Below, piece after piece: positions 18,955 to 29,106 of a DNA stretch of 64,000 bases (within the stretch, counting starts at the first letter, position 1; every line of letters begins with the position of its first letter). Made by a program: the position numbers and the translations under genes. The notes under the pieces were generated by a model. The model did no database searches. It was not told the origin of the DNA and saw only the letters and a program-made list of their open reading frames with translations. Origin of the DNA: Candidatus Calescibacterium sp. (GTDB lineage: Bacteria; DRYD01); the NCBI GenBank assembly GCA_025059235.1, contig JANXCV010000004.1:77438-141437 (forward strand), in the 5' to 3' direction.

Positions 18955-18969
18955 ACTATATGATCCTCC

Positions 18970-19000
18970 TTGACGAGGTTGAGAAATCTCAGTGTATAAT
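18970..19000 (+). promoter_or_regulatory. Candidate sigma70 promoter for uppP
   Basis: TTGACG (18970-75), 19 nt spacer, TATAAT (18995-19000), 18 nt before the uppP ATG, in a divergent intergenic gap. Confidence 0.4.
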
Positions 19001-19018
19001 TTAATAAGAGAGGAGTAA

Positions 19019-19789
19019 ATGGAGATTTGGCAAGCTATTATTTTAGGAATAATAGAAGGGATAACAGAATTTCTTCCCATATCTTCAACAGGACACCTAA
19101 TTCTGGCTACACATATAATGAATATACACCATACCTCTTTTGTTAAAACTTTCCAAATCTTTATACAGTTAGGGGCAATCCTTGCAATTCTTAGTATATA
19201 CGGAAAAAGATTGATAAGGGATTTAGAAATTTGGAAAAGGATAATCATAGCCTTTATACCAACCGGTATATTGGGATTTACACTGTATAAATTTATAAAA
19301 AACTACCTGATTGGAAATGATTTGGTAGTAGTGATATCTCTTATTTTGGGAGGAATAGTCTTAATTTGGGCAGATAAGAGGGCAGAGAAGTTCGGAAATA
19401 TATATAATCCTTCTCAACTGAGTTATACAAATTCTTTTGTGATTGGTTTATTTCAAAGTTTAGCTATGATACCAGGAGTATCTAGATCTGGTGCGACTAT
19501 TATAGGTGGAATGTTTATGGGATTAAGCAGAAAAGCTGCTGCTGAATTCTCTTTCTTACTAGCCATACCAACTATGTTAACTGCTACCTCTTTTGATCTT
19601 TACAAATCTATACACACTATCCAAAAAGATGAATGGACAATACTTTTTGCAGGTTTTGTCGTATCATTCTTATCAGCTATAATAGCAGTAAAGACTTTAC
19701 TTAATTTTCTATCAAATCATTCATTTATAGCATTTGGAGTGTATAGGATTATAATAGGATTAGTTTACGCAAATTTCTTCCTAACATAA
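19019..19789 (+). CDS. uppP: Undecaprenyl-diphosphatase
   Basis: EGITEFLPISSTGHL and PGVSRSGATI motifs. Confidence 0.95.
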   Translation: MEIWQAIILGIIEGITEFLPISSTGHLILATHIMNIHHTSFVKTFQIFIQLGAILAILSIYGKRLIRDLEIWKRIIIAFIPTGILGFTLYKFIKNYLIGNDLVVVISLILGGIVLIWADKRAEKFGNIYNPSQLSYTNSFVIGLFQSLAMIPGVSRSGATIIGGMFMGLSRKAAAEFSFLLAIPTMLTATSFDLYKSIHTIQKDEWTILFAGFVVSFLSAIIAVKTLLNFLSNHSFIAFGVYRIIIGLVYANFFLT

Positions 19790-19792
19790 TAT

Positions 19793-20155
19793 ATGGTTGG
19801 CATTAGAATGTGTATATTTTGTAGGAATAAATTTCATCAAGACCAACTGTTTAGAATTTTCCTATTTAAAGACTCTTTAGTTTTCAAATATAAATCAAAT
19901 TTCATAGATATATTTCACATGAAAAACTTAAAAAATCACAGGGAAATACTTAGGAATAAGAGCAGAAGTTTATATTTTTGTTGTGATTGTTCTAAGAAAT
20001 ACTTACTAAACATCGATGATTTTAAGAAGAAGCAGCTTGTTTACAAAGTATTTAAGTATCATCTTTCTAAACTCAAAGGGTATAACCATAACATAGATAG
20101 TCTTATTTATTCTCTTAAGAGTATTATCTATGAAATATTCTATTGTTGGCATTGA
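19793..20155 (+). CDS. YlxR/DUF448-like protein
   Basis: IRMCIFCR...QLFRI and RSLYFC.DC resemble the YlxR zinc-ligand pattern. Confidence 0.5.
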   Translation: MVGIRMCIFCRNKFHQDQLFRIFLFKDSLVFKYKSNFIDIFHMKNLKNHREILRNKSRSLYFCCDCSKKYLLNIDDFKKKQLVYKVFKYHLSKLKGYNHNIDSLIYSLKSIIYEIFYCWH

Positions 20156-20726
20156 TCTAGCTGGTAGTGAGAAAAGAAACACAGGAGTTTGTTATCTAGA
20201 AAATCATATATTAAAAACTACGATTCTGAAAAAAGACCAGGACATATTGAATCTAGTAGTCAGCTTAAAACCTGAATTATTGTGTGTTGATGCTCCTCTG
20301 TCTATACCAGCTGGTAGAAAAAACCTAGAGGATAGAAGTGGAGAACATCTAAGAGAATGCGATAAATTACTATTGAAGATGGGAATAAAATTTTTCCCTG
20401 TAACACTTGGTCCCATGAGAATGTTAACTAAAAGAGGAATAAAGCTGAAAAACAAGCTAGAAAAGATGATTAAAGATATAGAAATAATCGAGGTTTTCCC
20501 TGGGGGATTTTATGATATCCTAAATCTACAGAGAAAAAACAAGAAACAAATAGTAGATTACTATAACGTTCTTCTTCAGGAATTTGGATGGAAGATAGAG
20601 AAGATTGATCTTTCTCAAGATGAGTTAGATTCTATAACATGTTTCCTTACAGGGATTTTCTATCTATCTGGTAAGGCTTTTGTTCTTGAGGGAAAAGATG
20701 GAAAAATTGTTCTACCTAAAAAATAA
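20130..20726 (+). CDS. DUF429-family predicted nuclease (RNase H-like fold)
   Basis: GIDLAG...TGVC, DAPLS, LRECD, IEVFPG and DELDS motifs. Confidence 0.7.
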   Translation: MKYSIVGIDLAGSEKRNTGVCYLENHILKTTILKKDQDILNLVVSLKPELLCVDAPLSIPAGRKNLEDRSGEHLRECDKLLLKMGIKFFPVTLGPMRMLTKRGIKLKNKLEKMIKDIEIIEVFPGGFYDILNLQRKNKKQIVDYYNVLLQEFGWKIEKIDLSQDELDSITCFLTGIFYLSGKAFVLEGKDGKIVLPKK

Positions 20727-20738
20727 TCTCATGTAATA

Positions 20739-21242
20739 CTACTTTATAGAGAACACTAAATTTGGTCTAATGTAAAATTCTCTATTTTCAGAAAGGATAT
20801 CAGTAAAACCAAATTTAATTGTAAAGGAATCTGATAAATTTAGCCTTACGGCAGTATCTAAATTTAATTTTTTTCTTCTTTTTGCTAAACTTATTTCTAG
20901 TTCGTAGTTATGAATTGTTCTGGAGTATGTAAGATTTTTCGTATCTTTGCCGAGAATAAAAAATATTTTTTCCTTTCTGTTTGGAAGATAGAATATTGTT
21001 GTTCCTATATTTAGTTCTTTTTTAAACAGATCTTCATTGAGATCTACATTGTTAAACATCAATCTTACAATATACTTCTCAGACAGTGTATAAGATATAG
21101 ATATATTTTGAATTGTTCTTACAGTTCTGGTTCTCATATCGATCTCATATCCTACTTTGATTTTGGAAGCATAAGAAAAATTTTCTATAAGAAATAATAG
21201 ATATATGAAAAGGAGTATTGAAAATCTCAAAATTTTAAACAT
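20739..21242 (-). CDS. Hypothetical exported protein
   Basis: 167 aa, signal-peptide-like N-terminus, beta-strand pattern. Confidence 0.55.
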   Translation of the reverse strand: MFKILRFSILLFIYLLFLIENFSYASKIKVGYEIDMRTRTVRTIQNISISYTLSEKYIVRLMFNNVDLNEDLFKKELNIGTTIFYLPNRKEKIFFILGKDTKNLTYSRTIHNYELEISLAKRRKKLNLDTAVRLNLSDSFTIKFGFTDILSENREFYIRPNLVFSIK

Positions 21243-21330
21243 TCTTTGAAATATCTGTAGTATAATATTTAGACCCTCTATCTTTGAGACCTGCCAGAAG
21301 ATAGTTTTCGGGTTTATTTTTAGTTTAGTT

Positions 21331-22320
21331 TTAGTTTAGGAGGTCATTTTCGTTTATGTTATCTACAGCCATGTCGACCGATGGAGCGATAGCTCCTAGT
21401 AATCGTGAAACTATATTGCCTGTACTTATCGAAATCACTTTTATTGCCATTTTTTCTATGTTTTTCCTTGCTTGATTTTGAAGTTGATCTTCTAGTGTTT
21501 CGTGTTTTGTTCTTTTTTCGGGGATAATACTTTCATTTATATTAGTTATTGATACTTTGCCGTTTTCTTGTAGGAACTTTGAAAAATCTCTTGCTTTTAT
21601 AACTAGGGTTTCAGCAAATTTGGTTGCAGCAGGTTTTATTAGTTCCTTTATTTCTTGTCTAATTTCGTTTTTGATAGATTGAAGATCTCTAGTTTTTTGA
21701 AATCTTTGTTTTGCTTTTATTAGGGTATCATATATATTTACGTTACCTGCAATGTATAATTTCCCTTCTGGTAATGGAATAGGTAATTTTAAAGCATCTG
21801 TTGATATACTTGTTCTGAAAGAAAGACTACCTTCGTTTATATCAAGCCTAGTGTTTGAATTGTATGGGATACTGAAAGAAGGGGTAAAAGATAGATTTTT
21901 TGAGGCTGCCAATGATAGTCCGCCGTATATTTCTGCTTTTTCGGATTTTCCTACTGCTTCTAAATCTAGCTTTGCTTCGGCATAAGCTGACAGAGGACTA
22001 ATACTTGCTCCGACGTTTGCTTCTATTGTATGTGGATTTATTCTTCTAACTCCTGTTCCGTAAATCTCTGGTACACTATAACCTATGCTTGCACCTACTC
22101 TAACTCTTGTTTCCCTGTTTTCTCCTTCTTCTTTTTTAGTTTCTACTTCTACTCCTACTTCTCTATCTGTTTTGTATATCAAGTCTTTCTTCAAGTATAT
22201 ATCTAGTTTTTCTTGATTTGGTATGTATTTATCTTCATATACATTTGTTGGAGGGTAGATATTTGAGTTGGTATTATTGATATTCGTTCTGTCAATCCTA
22301 TATATTATTTTGCTGATCAT
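21331..22320 (-). CDS. Hypothetical protein
   Basis: 329 aa ORF with normal composition; no motif recognised. Confidence 0.6.
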   Translation of the reverse strand: MISKIIYRIDRTNINNTNSNIYPPTNVYEDKYIPNQEKLDIYLKKDLIYKTDREVGVEVETKKEEGENRETRVRVGASIGYSVPEIYGTGVRRINPHTIEANVGASISPLSAYAEAKLDLEAVGKSEKAEIYGGLSLAASKNLSFTPSFSIPYNSNTRLDINEGSLSFRTSISTDALKLPIPLPEGKLYIAGNVNIYDTLIKAKQRFQKTRDLQSIKNEIRQEIKELIKPAATKFAETLVIKARDFSKFLQENGKVSITNINESIIPEKRTKHETLEDQLQNQARKNIEKMAIKVISISTGNIVSRLLGAIAPSVDMAVDNINENDLLN

Positions 22321-22569
22321 ATTATTTTTGATATCTATTGATAGTCAAGTGGCAATATATATATATCAATTCATGTATGAAAAATTGAGCTTTATTCTAT
22401 GGTTTTTAACATAAATTTTACAATTCAGGGAATTAATGCTCTACTGTTTATAAAAGTTTAGCTGTGCAATTCTTGAAATGCTTAAATTGATTTAGTTATA
22501 ACTATTAAAAGCATAAATTTTTTAAATTAGAGATTTTTTTAGATTAGAGATGCAGGTATTAGGAGTGGG

Positions 22570-22974
22570 TTATCTTTCTTTTATCATTTTCTTAGATTCA
22601 TACTTAACTATTCCTATTTCTCCGTAATTTTGATGGTAATAATTTATTTTTGCTTCTAGCTCTTGTATTTTTTTTTCGTATTTTTCTTTTAGCTGTTCTA
22701 TTTCTTCCAAGAGTTTCATTATCACTTCTATACCTGGAGTGTTTATTCCCATATCTTTTGATAGACTGGTAATGATTTTGAGTCTAGCTATATCTTTAAG
22801 ATTATACATTCTTCTTCCTGTTGGTGTTCTAGATGGTTTTATTAATCCTTGTTTTTCATAATTTCTGATTGTCTGTTCGTGTATTTTTAGTATTTCTGAA
22901 ACCGTTCTTATTGAGAAGTAATTGCCTTCCAATGGATAATTCTCAAGAAACATTTTTATAATCTTTTCTACCAT
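22570..22974 (-). CDS. hspR: MerR-family regulator, HspR-like
   Basis: SIRTVSEILKIHEQTIRNYEKQGLIKPSRTPTGRRMY, GINTPG, coiled-coil tail; directly downstream of a J-domain gene. Confidence 0.75.
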   Translation of the reverse strand: MVEKIIKMFLENYPLEGNYFSIRTVSEILKIHEQTIRNYEKQGLIKPSRTPTGRRMYNLKDIARLKIITSLSKDMGINTPGIEVIMKLLEEIEQLKEKYEKKIQELEAKINYYHQNYGEIGIVKYESKKMIKER

Positions 22975-23004
22975 ATCAATCCCACCTTTGTAAATATTTC
23001 AAAA

Positions 23005-23919
23005 TCATCTATTTACTTTTGTAATTACCTGGTTTATTTTTTCTAAATAATCCCTGGTTTTGGGTATATACGGAACAGGGATTATGATTAGATCTCCTGC
23101 TAATTGTTTACTATCAACTAAACCTAATGATTTAAATATTACTTCTTTGTATAATTGATCAATACTTATATGTGTTTTAAGTTTTTTGTTATTTGGAAGA
23201 ATGACTGTTATTTCTTCATTATTTAGAATTTTTTCGATTTCTACCGGTAGGATCAACAATAAGTTTTTTTCTTGAATAATCTTATAGTTTGATTGTTTGA
23301 TTTTTACTTTTATCTTTACAGGGCCGTACGGAGTATTGACTGTCACTTTTGAATTTTCTTTTATTCTTGGTGGCAAATTTATATTCAGATTTACATTCCT
23401 GCCGTTTATACTAAGAGTAATGACTTTGTTCACACCGTTGTATATTTCCTGTAGGTCAAATGAGATTTCTACTTCCGGAATATTATCAGATACTTGTTGT
23501 TTATTAAATGTATCTGAAATATCGAAATCAAAGAATATATTTTCAAAGAAGGACCTTCTGGATTTGGATCTACCAAATGAACCAAATATTTCTTGTAATA
23601 TTTCTTCTAAATCCTTAGAAGCTTTGGATTGATAAGTAGTATATCCCTGCTGGTAGAATTTTTCAGGATCATATCCTTTTTTCATTGCTTCATACATATT
23701 TTTCCAGTTTTCACCATATTTATCGTATAATTTTCTTTTCTCAGGATCACTGAGAACTTCATAAGCTTCATTTATTTCTCTAAAAATTTTTTCACTTTCT
23801 TCTCTATTGGATGGGTTTAAATCGGGATGATATTTTCTTACCAATCTTCTATATGCTTCCTTTAGTTCTTTTTCTGTTGCGTTCCTACTTACCCCAAGTA
23901 TAGAATAATAATCTTTCAT
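23005..23919 (-). CDS. DnaJ/CbpA-class J-domain co-chaperone (no zinc finger)
   Basis: KDYYSILGV...HPDLNP...[24 protein letters not shown]; divergent C-terminal domain. Confidence 0.85.
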   Translation of the reverse strand: MKDYYSILGVSRNATEKELKEAYRRLVRKYHPDLNPSNREESEKIFREINEAYEVLSDPEKRKLYDKYGENWKNMYEAMKKGYDPEKFYQQGYTTYQSKASKDLEEILQEIFGSFGRSKSRRSFFENIFFDFDISDTFNKQQVSDNIPEVEISFDLQEIYNGVNKVITLSINGRNVNLNINLPPRIKENSKVTVNTPYGPVKIKVKIKQSNYKIIQEKNLLLILPVEIEKILNNEEITVILPNNKKLKTHISIDQLYKEVIFKSLGLVDSKQLAGDLIIIPVPYIPKTRDYLEKINQVITKVNR

Positions 23920-24029
23920 ATTTTATCACCTCTTTGTTAGAAAATTCTCTATATTAATTTTTATACAAACATTATCAAAAATCCTTATAACAGAAGATCA
24001 AGTTTTTTACATACTAGGTATATTTTAGC

Positions 24030-24896
24030 CTATCTATAGGAATATATCTTTTTGAGTATTCCGAGAAATGAGATTGATATAACGAAGATGATGAGTATAG
24101 AAAACACTGTCAACGAACTAGCATAACCGATATCTAGGTACTTGAAGAAGTTTTCATATATGTACATTGGTAGTGTTTTTGTTGAATTAGCGGGTCCACC
24201 ACCAGTTAAAACGTACGGTAAATCAAAAACCACCATTGCATAAAGTAATCTGAATAAAAGAGCACTAGATATAGCTGGTATACATAGTGGAAGTATAACC
24301 CAGAAAACTTTATGGTGCCAACTGGCTTTTTCTATATCTAAAGCTTCGAAAAGTTCTTTGTTTATACCTTTCAGAGCTGAATAAAACATTATCACTATGA
24401 AGGGTGTGGTTTTCCAAACATCTATTATCACCATCCATATAAAAGCCCATACAAAATTAGATAAGAAGATGTTTTCGATATTGAAAAAATCAAAAAATTT
24501 AGGTATTATACCGTACTCTTCATTTAGCATGAATCTCCACGAAAGAGCTATTATTGCAGTAGGTAAAGCCCAAGGGATCAGTATACTTATTCTCAGTAAC
24601 TTGTTGTTCTCGTTTTTCCACATTAACAAAGCTATTAAAAACCCCAATATTACCTGAATTGTAAAGGTAGCAAAACTGAATTTTAAACTGTTGTATAGAG
24701 AATTCCAGTAATTGCTATCCGTAAGTATGTAGTAGTAATTATCTAAAAATACAAACTTTTTCAAATCCAAATATATCACTTCTGTATAGAAAGAAGATAC
24801 GAATATTTTTATGAAGGGATATATAACAAAGACAAATAATAAAGTCAGAGTGATTATGTTTATGATCAGAACTATGAGATCCTTTTTAACTTCCAT
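24030..24896 (-). CDS. Carbohydrate ABC transporter permease (MalF-like)
   Basis: LIPWALP, WKTTPF, EA..I..A (EAA loop) and TGGGP motifs. Confidence 0.88.
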   Translation of the reverse strand: MEVKKDLIVLIINIITLTLLFVFVIYPFIKIFVSSFYTEVIYLDLKKFVFLDNYYYILTDSNYWNSLYNSLKFSFATFTIQVILGFLIALLMWKNENNKLLRISILIPWALPTAIIALSWRFMLNEEYGIIPKFFDFFNIENIFLSNFVWAFIWMVIIDVWKTTPFIVIMFYSALKGINKELFEALDIEKASWHHKVFWVILPLCIPAISSALLFRLLYAMVVFDLPYVLTGGGPANSTKTLPMYIYENFFKYLDIGYASSLTVFSILIIFVISISFLGILKKIYSYR

Positions 24897-24907
24897 TTTT
24901 CATCAAC

Positions 24908-25777
24908 TCAGTTTTTATGTATATCTCTATGTTCAATTATTACTTTAGTGTTTTGATGTTTTTTCCTTATATGTTCTCCTAGATATTCTGCTACGAATAC
25001 GGACCTATGTTTTCCTCCGGTACATCCTACTCCTATCTCTATAAAATTTTTAACATTACCAAGATAGGAAGCAATGATGTAATCGATATAATCTATTGTC
25101 TTTTCGATAAATTCTTTGGTTTTAGGATCACTAAGTAAATATTCTTTTACTTCTGGATCTGAACCGTTCTTGTTTGTAAGTTGACTTACATAAAATGGAT
25201 TCCTTAGAATCCTTGTATCTATAACAATATCGCTGGATATAAAACCATGCTTATAACCAAAGGAAATGAGTTTTACAATATACATTTTCTTAAGGAGTAT
25301 TATTTCAGATATTTTTAGAGATAAGTCATAGGGTGATAAATCTGAGGTATCTATTACATAATGAGATTTTTCTTTCAGTTTTTGCAGAAGCTCTTTTTCC
25401 AACTTTATTCCTTCTAGTAAGTTCTCCCTATTTAACGGATGTATTCTTCTGTTAGAGTTATATCTCTTTATTAGGTTTTCTTCATTACAATCGAGGAAGA
25501 TGATTTTTATATCATTTTTTTTGGATAAATATAGTGTTTTATCAATCAATTTATTGATGAAATATTTTATTTTCATTGGATCTTTTTTGGAGACGAATAT
25601 TATACGTGGATCGATGATGAAAGCTATATCCGAAATATTACTATTTCTAGCTATTTCTATTATTTTTGGAATCAAGTCTAATGGAGCGTTGTCTATACAG
25701 TAAAAATTATTATCTTCCAGTATCCTTAGTGCGGTGTTTTTACCTGCCCCTGATATGCCGGTTATGAATATTATCAC
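24908..25777 (-). CDS. rapZ: RNase adapter RapZ/YvcJ
   Basis: TGISGAGK, CIDNAP, SFGYKHG, NPFY and GCTGGKHRSV motifs. Confidence 0.92.
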   Translation of the reverse strand: MIIFITGISGAGKNTALRILEDNNFYCIDNAPLDLIPKIIEIARNSNISDIAFIIDPRIIFVSKKDPMKIKYFINKLIDKTLYLSKKNDIKIIFLDCNEENLIKRYNSNRRIHPLNRENLLEGIKLEKELLQKLKEKSHYVIDTSDLSPYDLSLKISEIILLKKMYIVKLISFGYKHGFISSDIVIDTRILRNPFYVSQLTNKNGSDPEVKEYLLSDPKTKEFIEKTIDYIDYIIASYLGNVKNFIEIGVGCTGGKHRSVFVAEYLGEHIRKKHQNTKVIIEHRDIHKN

Positions 25778-27243
25778 TCTTTTAAAATACTCAGTATGTT
25801 GTTTACTTTTTGTTTAGCTTCTTCAAGGGTATTTGCTTCGGAGTATATTCTTATGAGTGGTTCTGTTCCCGAAGGTCTTAGGGCAATCCAATTTCTATCA
25901 TCTTCTTCTATTTTTATATAGTCTTTTATTTGCAATTTTCCCCTGTCTATTTCAACTATCTTGTTCTTTATTTCTTCATATTTTTTCTTTTGTTCTTCAA
26001 TGGATTTAAAATGTAGGTCATACCTATAGCAATAAGAAACCCCTGTAAAAGAATGCAGATAATCAATAATATCTATGGGCTTTATATTTAGATCACACAT
26101 TATTTCTAGTATATACAATGCATTCAGTAAACTATCTCTTTCCGGAATATGATTTTTAAAACCTATTCCTCCACTTTCCTCTCCACCTATGAGAATATTA
26201 TCTTTTACGAATAAATCTGCTATATATTTAAATCCTACTGGTGTTTCTATGGCTTCTAAATTCATCTTTTCTGCTAGTCTTTTTAATTTTGTCGAGGTAG
26301 GTAGTGTTCTTACGACTTTTCCTTCCCATCCTTTATTTTTTATCAGATGTAGAGCTAGCAATGGTAATATTTCATGGGGAGTTATCCATTCTTTGTAGTT
26401 TGTTGCAAATATTCTATCACCATCTCCATCAAAAGCAAATCCTATAGAATTAGTACCTAACATTCTAACTATTTTTCGTAAATTTCCCAAGTTCTGAGGG
26501 ATAGGCTCTGGAGAAGTTCCATTGAAGTAAGGATTCCTTTGATTGTTTAATTCTATAATGTTTTGAGAACTTATTAAATATTTAAAGCTTCCCGATAATA
26601 CTCCGAACATATAATCGACAACTATAAAGATGTTATTCTTTTCGATAAAACTTCTTATTTTTTCTAAATCAACCTTATTTTGTATAGATTTTATGTATTC
26701 TGCTTGAACATCTTGTGATTTATCTATTAGTTCTATGTATGGAGTTATGTTACTTATTGGCTCTTTGAGAAAGTTTTCTATTATTTTTGTCATTTCTGTT
26801 GTAGCCGATCCTCCGTATTCTGCTTTGTATTTTATACCGTTGTAGAAGTATGGATTATGAGAAGCTGTTATCATTATTCCTGCTGCATGTCCTTTTGATA
26901 CCTTTAATGACAGAGCTGGAGTAGAACATGCAGTGCTCGACAGGATCACAGGTATTTTAAAACTGCTTAAAACTTCTGCTACTTTATAAGCAAAATATTC
27001 TGACATGAATCTGTAGTCGTATCCTATCACTACACCTGCTTTGTAATCTCTGTATTCTACCTTATATGAAGAGTTAGGATGTTTGGAGTAGTCTATGTTA
27101 TAAATATCAAGTTTTCTTCTTTCATCTGATTTTATTAACTTAGCTATTGCTGTGGATACTTTTTCTACATTTTCTATTGTGAAGTCTTGTGCTATTATAG
27201 CTCTCCAACCATCTGTTCCGAAATTTATCATATTACTAGGCAT
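25774..27243 (-). CDS. Phosphoglucomutase/phosphomannomutase family protein
   Basis: FGTDGWR, ITASHNP, DGDGDR, GGEESGG and RPSGTEP motifs. Confidence 0.92.
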   Translation of the reverse strand: MPSNMINFGTDGWRAIIAQDFTIENVEKVSTAIAKLIKSDERRKLDIYNIDYSKHPNSSYKVEYRDYKAGVVIGYDYRFMSEYFAYKVAEVLSSFKIPVILSSTACSTPALSLKVSKGHAAGIMITASHNPYFYNGIKYKAEYGGSATTEMTKIIENFLKEPISNITPYIELIDKSQDVQAEYIKSIQNKVDLEKIRSFIEKNNIFIVVDYMFGVLSGSFKYLISSQNIIELNNQRNPYFNGTSPEPIPQNLGNLRKIVRMLGTNSIGFAFDGDGDRIFATNYKEWITPHEILPLLALHLIKNKGWEGKVVRTLPTSTKLKRLAEKMNLEAIETPVGFKYIADLFVKDNILIGGEESGGIGFKNHIPERDSLLNALYILEIMCDLNIKPIDIIDYLHSFTGVSYCYRYDLHFKSIEEQKKKYEEIKNKIVEIDRGKLQIKDYIKIEEDDRNWIALRPSGTEPLIRIYSEANTLEEAKQKVNNILSILKE

Positions 27244-27664
27244 TTATCCTTATTAGAGCTTGTGGAGCGCAGTCTCCTCTTCTAAATCCTACTCGATATA
27301 TGCTGAAATATCCACCTTTTTCCTTATTTTTAGAATTCAGTAAAGAACCGATATCTATTGCACTTTTTACTAATTTTCTGTTACCTAAGTAGGTGTATAT
27401 TTTTCTAGATAAATTCACAAGTTCTGTCTTTAGTTTTTCCTTTTTATCTTCTGGAGCGGTATTAATTAAGCTTTTTATTTTAGCTGCTTTTCTGCAATAT
27501 GTTAGAATTTTGGAGGCAAATTTGGATAGAGATTTTGCCCTGGCTAAAGTTGTAACTATCTCTAGTCTGGGGCTTGCTATAATATTCTTAAATAGGTTTT
27601 TTAGCATTGAAAGTCTATGTTCTGTGTATCTTCTTAGTTTTTTGTATCTTTTTCTGTGTCTCAT
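27236..27664 (-). CDS. rplQ: 50S ribosomal protein L17 with internal insertion
   Basis: MRHRK..KKL.R..EHR.SML.NL, IVTTLARAK, GGY..I.R.G.RRGD.A; AGGAGG RBS. Confidence 0.9.
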   Translation of the reverse strand: MRHRKRYKKLRRYTEHRLSMLKNLFKNIIASPRLEIVTTLARAKSLSKFASKILTYCRKAAKIKSLINTAPEDKKEKLKTELVNLSRKIYTYLGNRKLVKSAIDIGSLLNSKNKEKGGYFSIYRVGFRRGDCAPQALIRINA

Positions 27665-27675
27665 CGTTGTCCTCC

Positions 27676-28239
27676 TTAAAGTATTTTTAATCCCCTTAGT
27701 TTATTTTCTACTATATCCTGAAAGTTTTTAAGTAACTTTTCTAAATCTTTTTTTACTGAAAGATCTAAAATTAAATTATCACTTATCATTATTATTCCTC
27801 CTATTATTTCCTTCTCTATGTTTATGCTTTTTACTTTTATTTTTAAACCAATTTTTTCTTGCAGGGTATTGATCAATTTTGTTAGATCTTGGTTGTCAAT
27901 TTCAAATGCAGACTTTATTTCTACTTCTATTATGTTATGAAATTTGTTATACAAAGATTTGTAATAGTAAAAGATTTTATTTAACAATTTTTGTCTTTTT
28001 TTGTATAGAATTAATTTCAGAAAATTTTTTGTGGTATCAGTAAAGGCTATCTTATCGAGTATAAGCCTTTCCTTTTCTGTATAAGGCAATGATAATGAAT
28101 TCCATAATTCTAATAATTCTTTATTTCTTGATAGTAACTGTATGAAGTTATCAAGTTCGTTAAGAACTATATCAAGTTGATTTTTTTCTTTTGCTTTTTC
28201 AAATAGAGACAGAGCATATCTGGAAGCTACTGAAAGCAT
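27676..28239 (-). CDS. atpH: ATP synthase F1 subunit delta
   Basis: VASRYALSLF, IIGGII and DLSVK motifs; position after atpF. Confidence 0.9.
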   Translation of the reverse strand: MLSVASRYALSLFEKAKEKNQLDIVLNELDNFIQLLSRNKELLELWNSLSLPYTEKERLILDKIAFTDTTKNFLKLILYKKRQKLLNKIFYYYKSLYNKFHNIIEVEIKSAFEIDNQDLTKLINTLQEKIGLKIKVKSINIEKEIIGGIIMISDNLILDLSVKKDLEKLLKNFQDIVENKLRGLKIL

Positions 28240-28243
28240 GTGT

Positions 28244-28741
28244 TTAATTCCTCTTTATTTCATTTAATTTTTGTTGGGTAACTTCTATTATTTTCTTATT
28301 GATGTTTGGGTCTACTATTTCTTTGAGTACTCCTCTTGCAAGAGAACTGACGATTTCTATATAGGTATTCTTTATTTCATCTATTACTTTTTTCTGAGCT
28401 AATTCGATTTCTTTCAATGCTTTGGTTTGGATCTCATTTGCCTTATTTTGTGCTTCTTCTATTATATAATTCTTTATGTTTTCTGCCTCTTTCATCGATT
28501 CTTGAATTATTCTCTCTCTTTCTTTGTATATTTCATTCAACTTAGCTTCCAGTTCCTGTTTAATCTTCTCGACGTCCTTTCTTATTTCTTCTGCAGTTTG
28601 AATGTTTTTATGTATAATATTTCTTCTTTCTTCAGTTATCATCTTGAAGGGTTTATAAAACAAAAAGTAAGCTAGTATGGAAAAGACTATGAAATTTATT
28701 ATTTGTAGCAGTAAGGTCCAACCGCTTAATATTTCTGACAT
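28244..28741 (-). CDS. atpF: ATP synthase F0 subunit b
   Basis: QIINF..F YKP...EERR, followed by a long coiled coil. Confidence 0.9.
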   Translation of the reverse strand: MSEILSGWTLLLQIINFIVFSILAYFLFYKPFKMITEERRNIIHKNIQTAEEIRKDVEKIKQELEAKLNEIYKERERIIQESMKEAENIKNYIIEEAQNKANEIQTKALKEIELAQKKVIDEIKNTYIEIVSSLARGVLKEIVDPNINKKIIEVTQQKLNEIKRN

Positions 28742-28754
28742 ATATTTTCACTCC

Positions 28755-29084
28755 CTATTTTGCAAAGAACAATTGAAATACGAAGAAAAGAGTATATAGG
28801 ACCTGAGCTTCTATCAATGCAAAGGCTATAAAATACCATACTAACATCTTATTTGTTGTTTCTGGATTTCTGTAAATTCCTTCTATAAAGGATTTTGAGA
28901 GTAAACCTATACCTATCGCTCCTGCTCCTGCTGCAAACCCAAGTCCAGCTACTCCAATTGCTTTAAAAAGCTTATCAGATAAAACATAGGACGAATCTTT
29001 TAGGGTAGTTTCTCCAAAAGCTGTGGCTAATATAAAAAATGATAATATCACGAGTATAGTTGTTATAATGATTATCCTACTCAT
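28755..29084 (-). CDS. atpE: ATP synthase F0 subunit c with N-terminal hydrophobic extension
   Basis: GAGAIGIG, RNPE and ALIEAQVLY motifs; ATG at 29084 follows AGGAGG. Confidence 0.92.
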   Translation of the reverse strand: MSRIIIITTILVILSFFILATAFGETTLKDSSYVLSDKLFKAIGVAGLGFAAGAGAIGIGLLSKSFIEGIYRNPETTNKMLVWYFIAFALIEAQVLYTLFFVFQLFFAK

Positions 29085-29106
29085 ATTTACCCTCCTTCTT
29101 TCATTT

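Noticed and set aside
18955-19248. N-terminal extension of the ABC permease in the ORF track
   Set aside because: It overlaps uppP on the opposite strand; a strong RBS supports ATG 18954.
21316-21340. TAGTT-type and AT microrepeats (also 22355-22366 and 15386-15405)
   Set aside because: They are short, low-complexity and expected by chance at this AT content.
23920-24029. HspR operator (HAIR, CTTGAGT-N7-ACTCAAG) upstream of the J-domain gene
   Set aside because: Only a half-site-like CTTGATC on the minus strand, with no matching second half. The CTTGAGT at 14970 is also unpaired.
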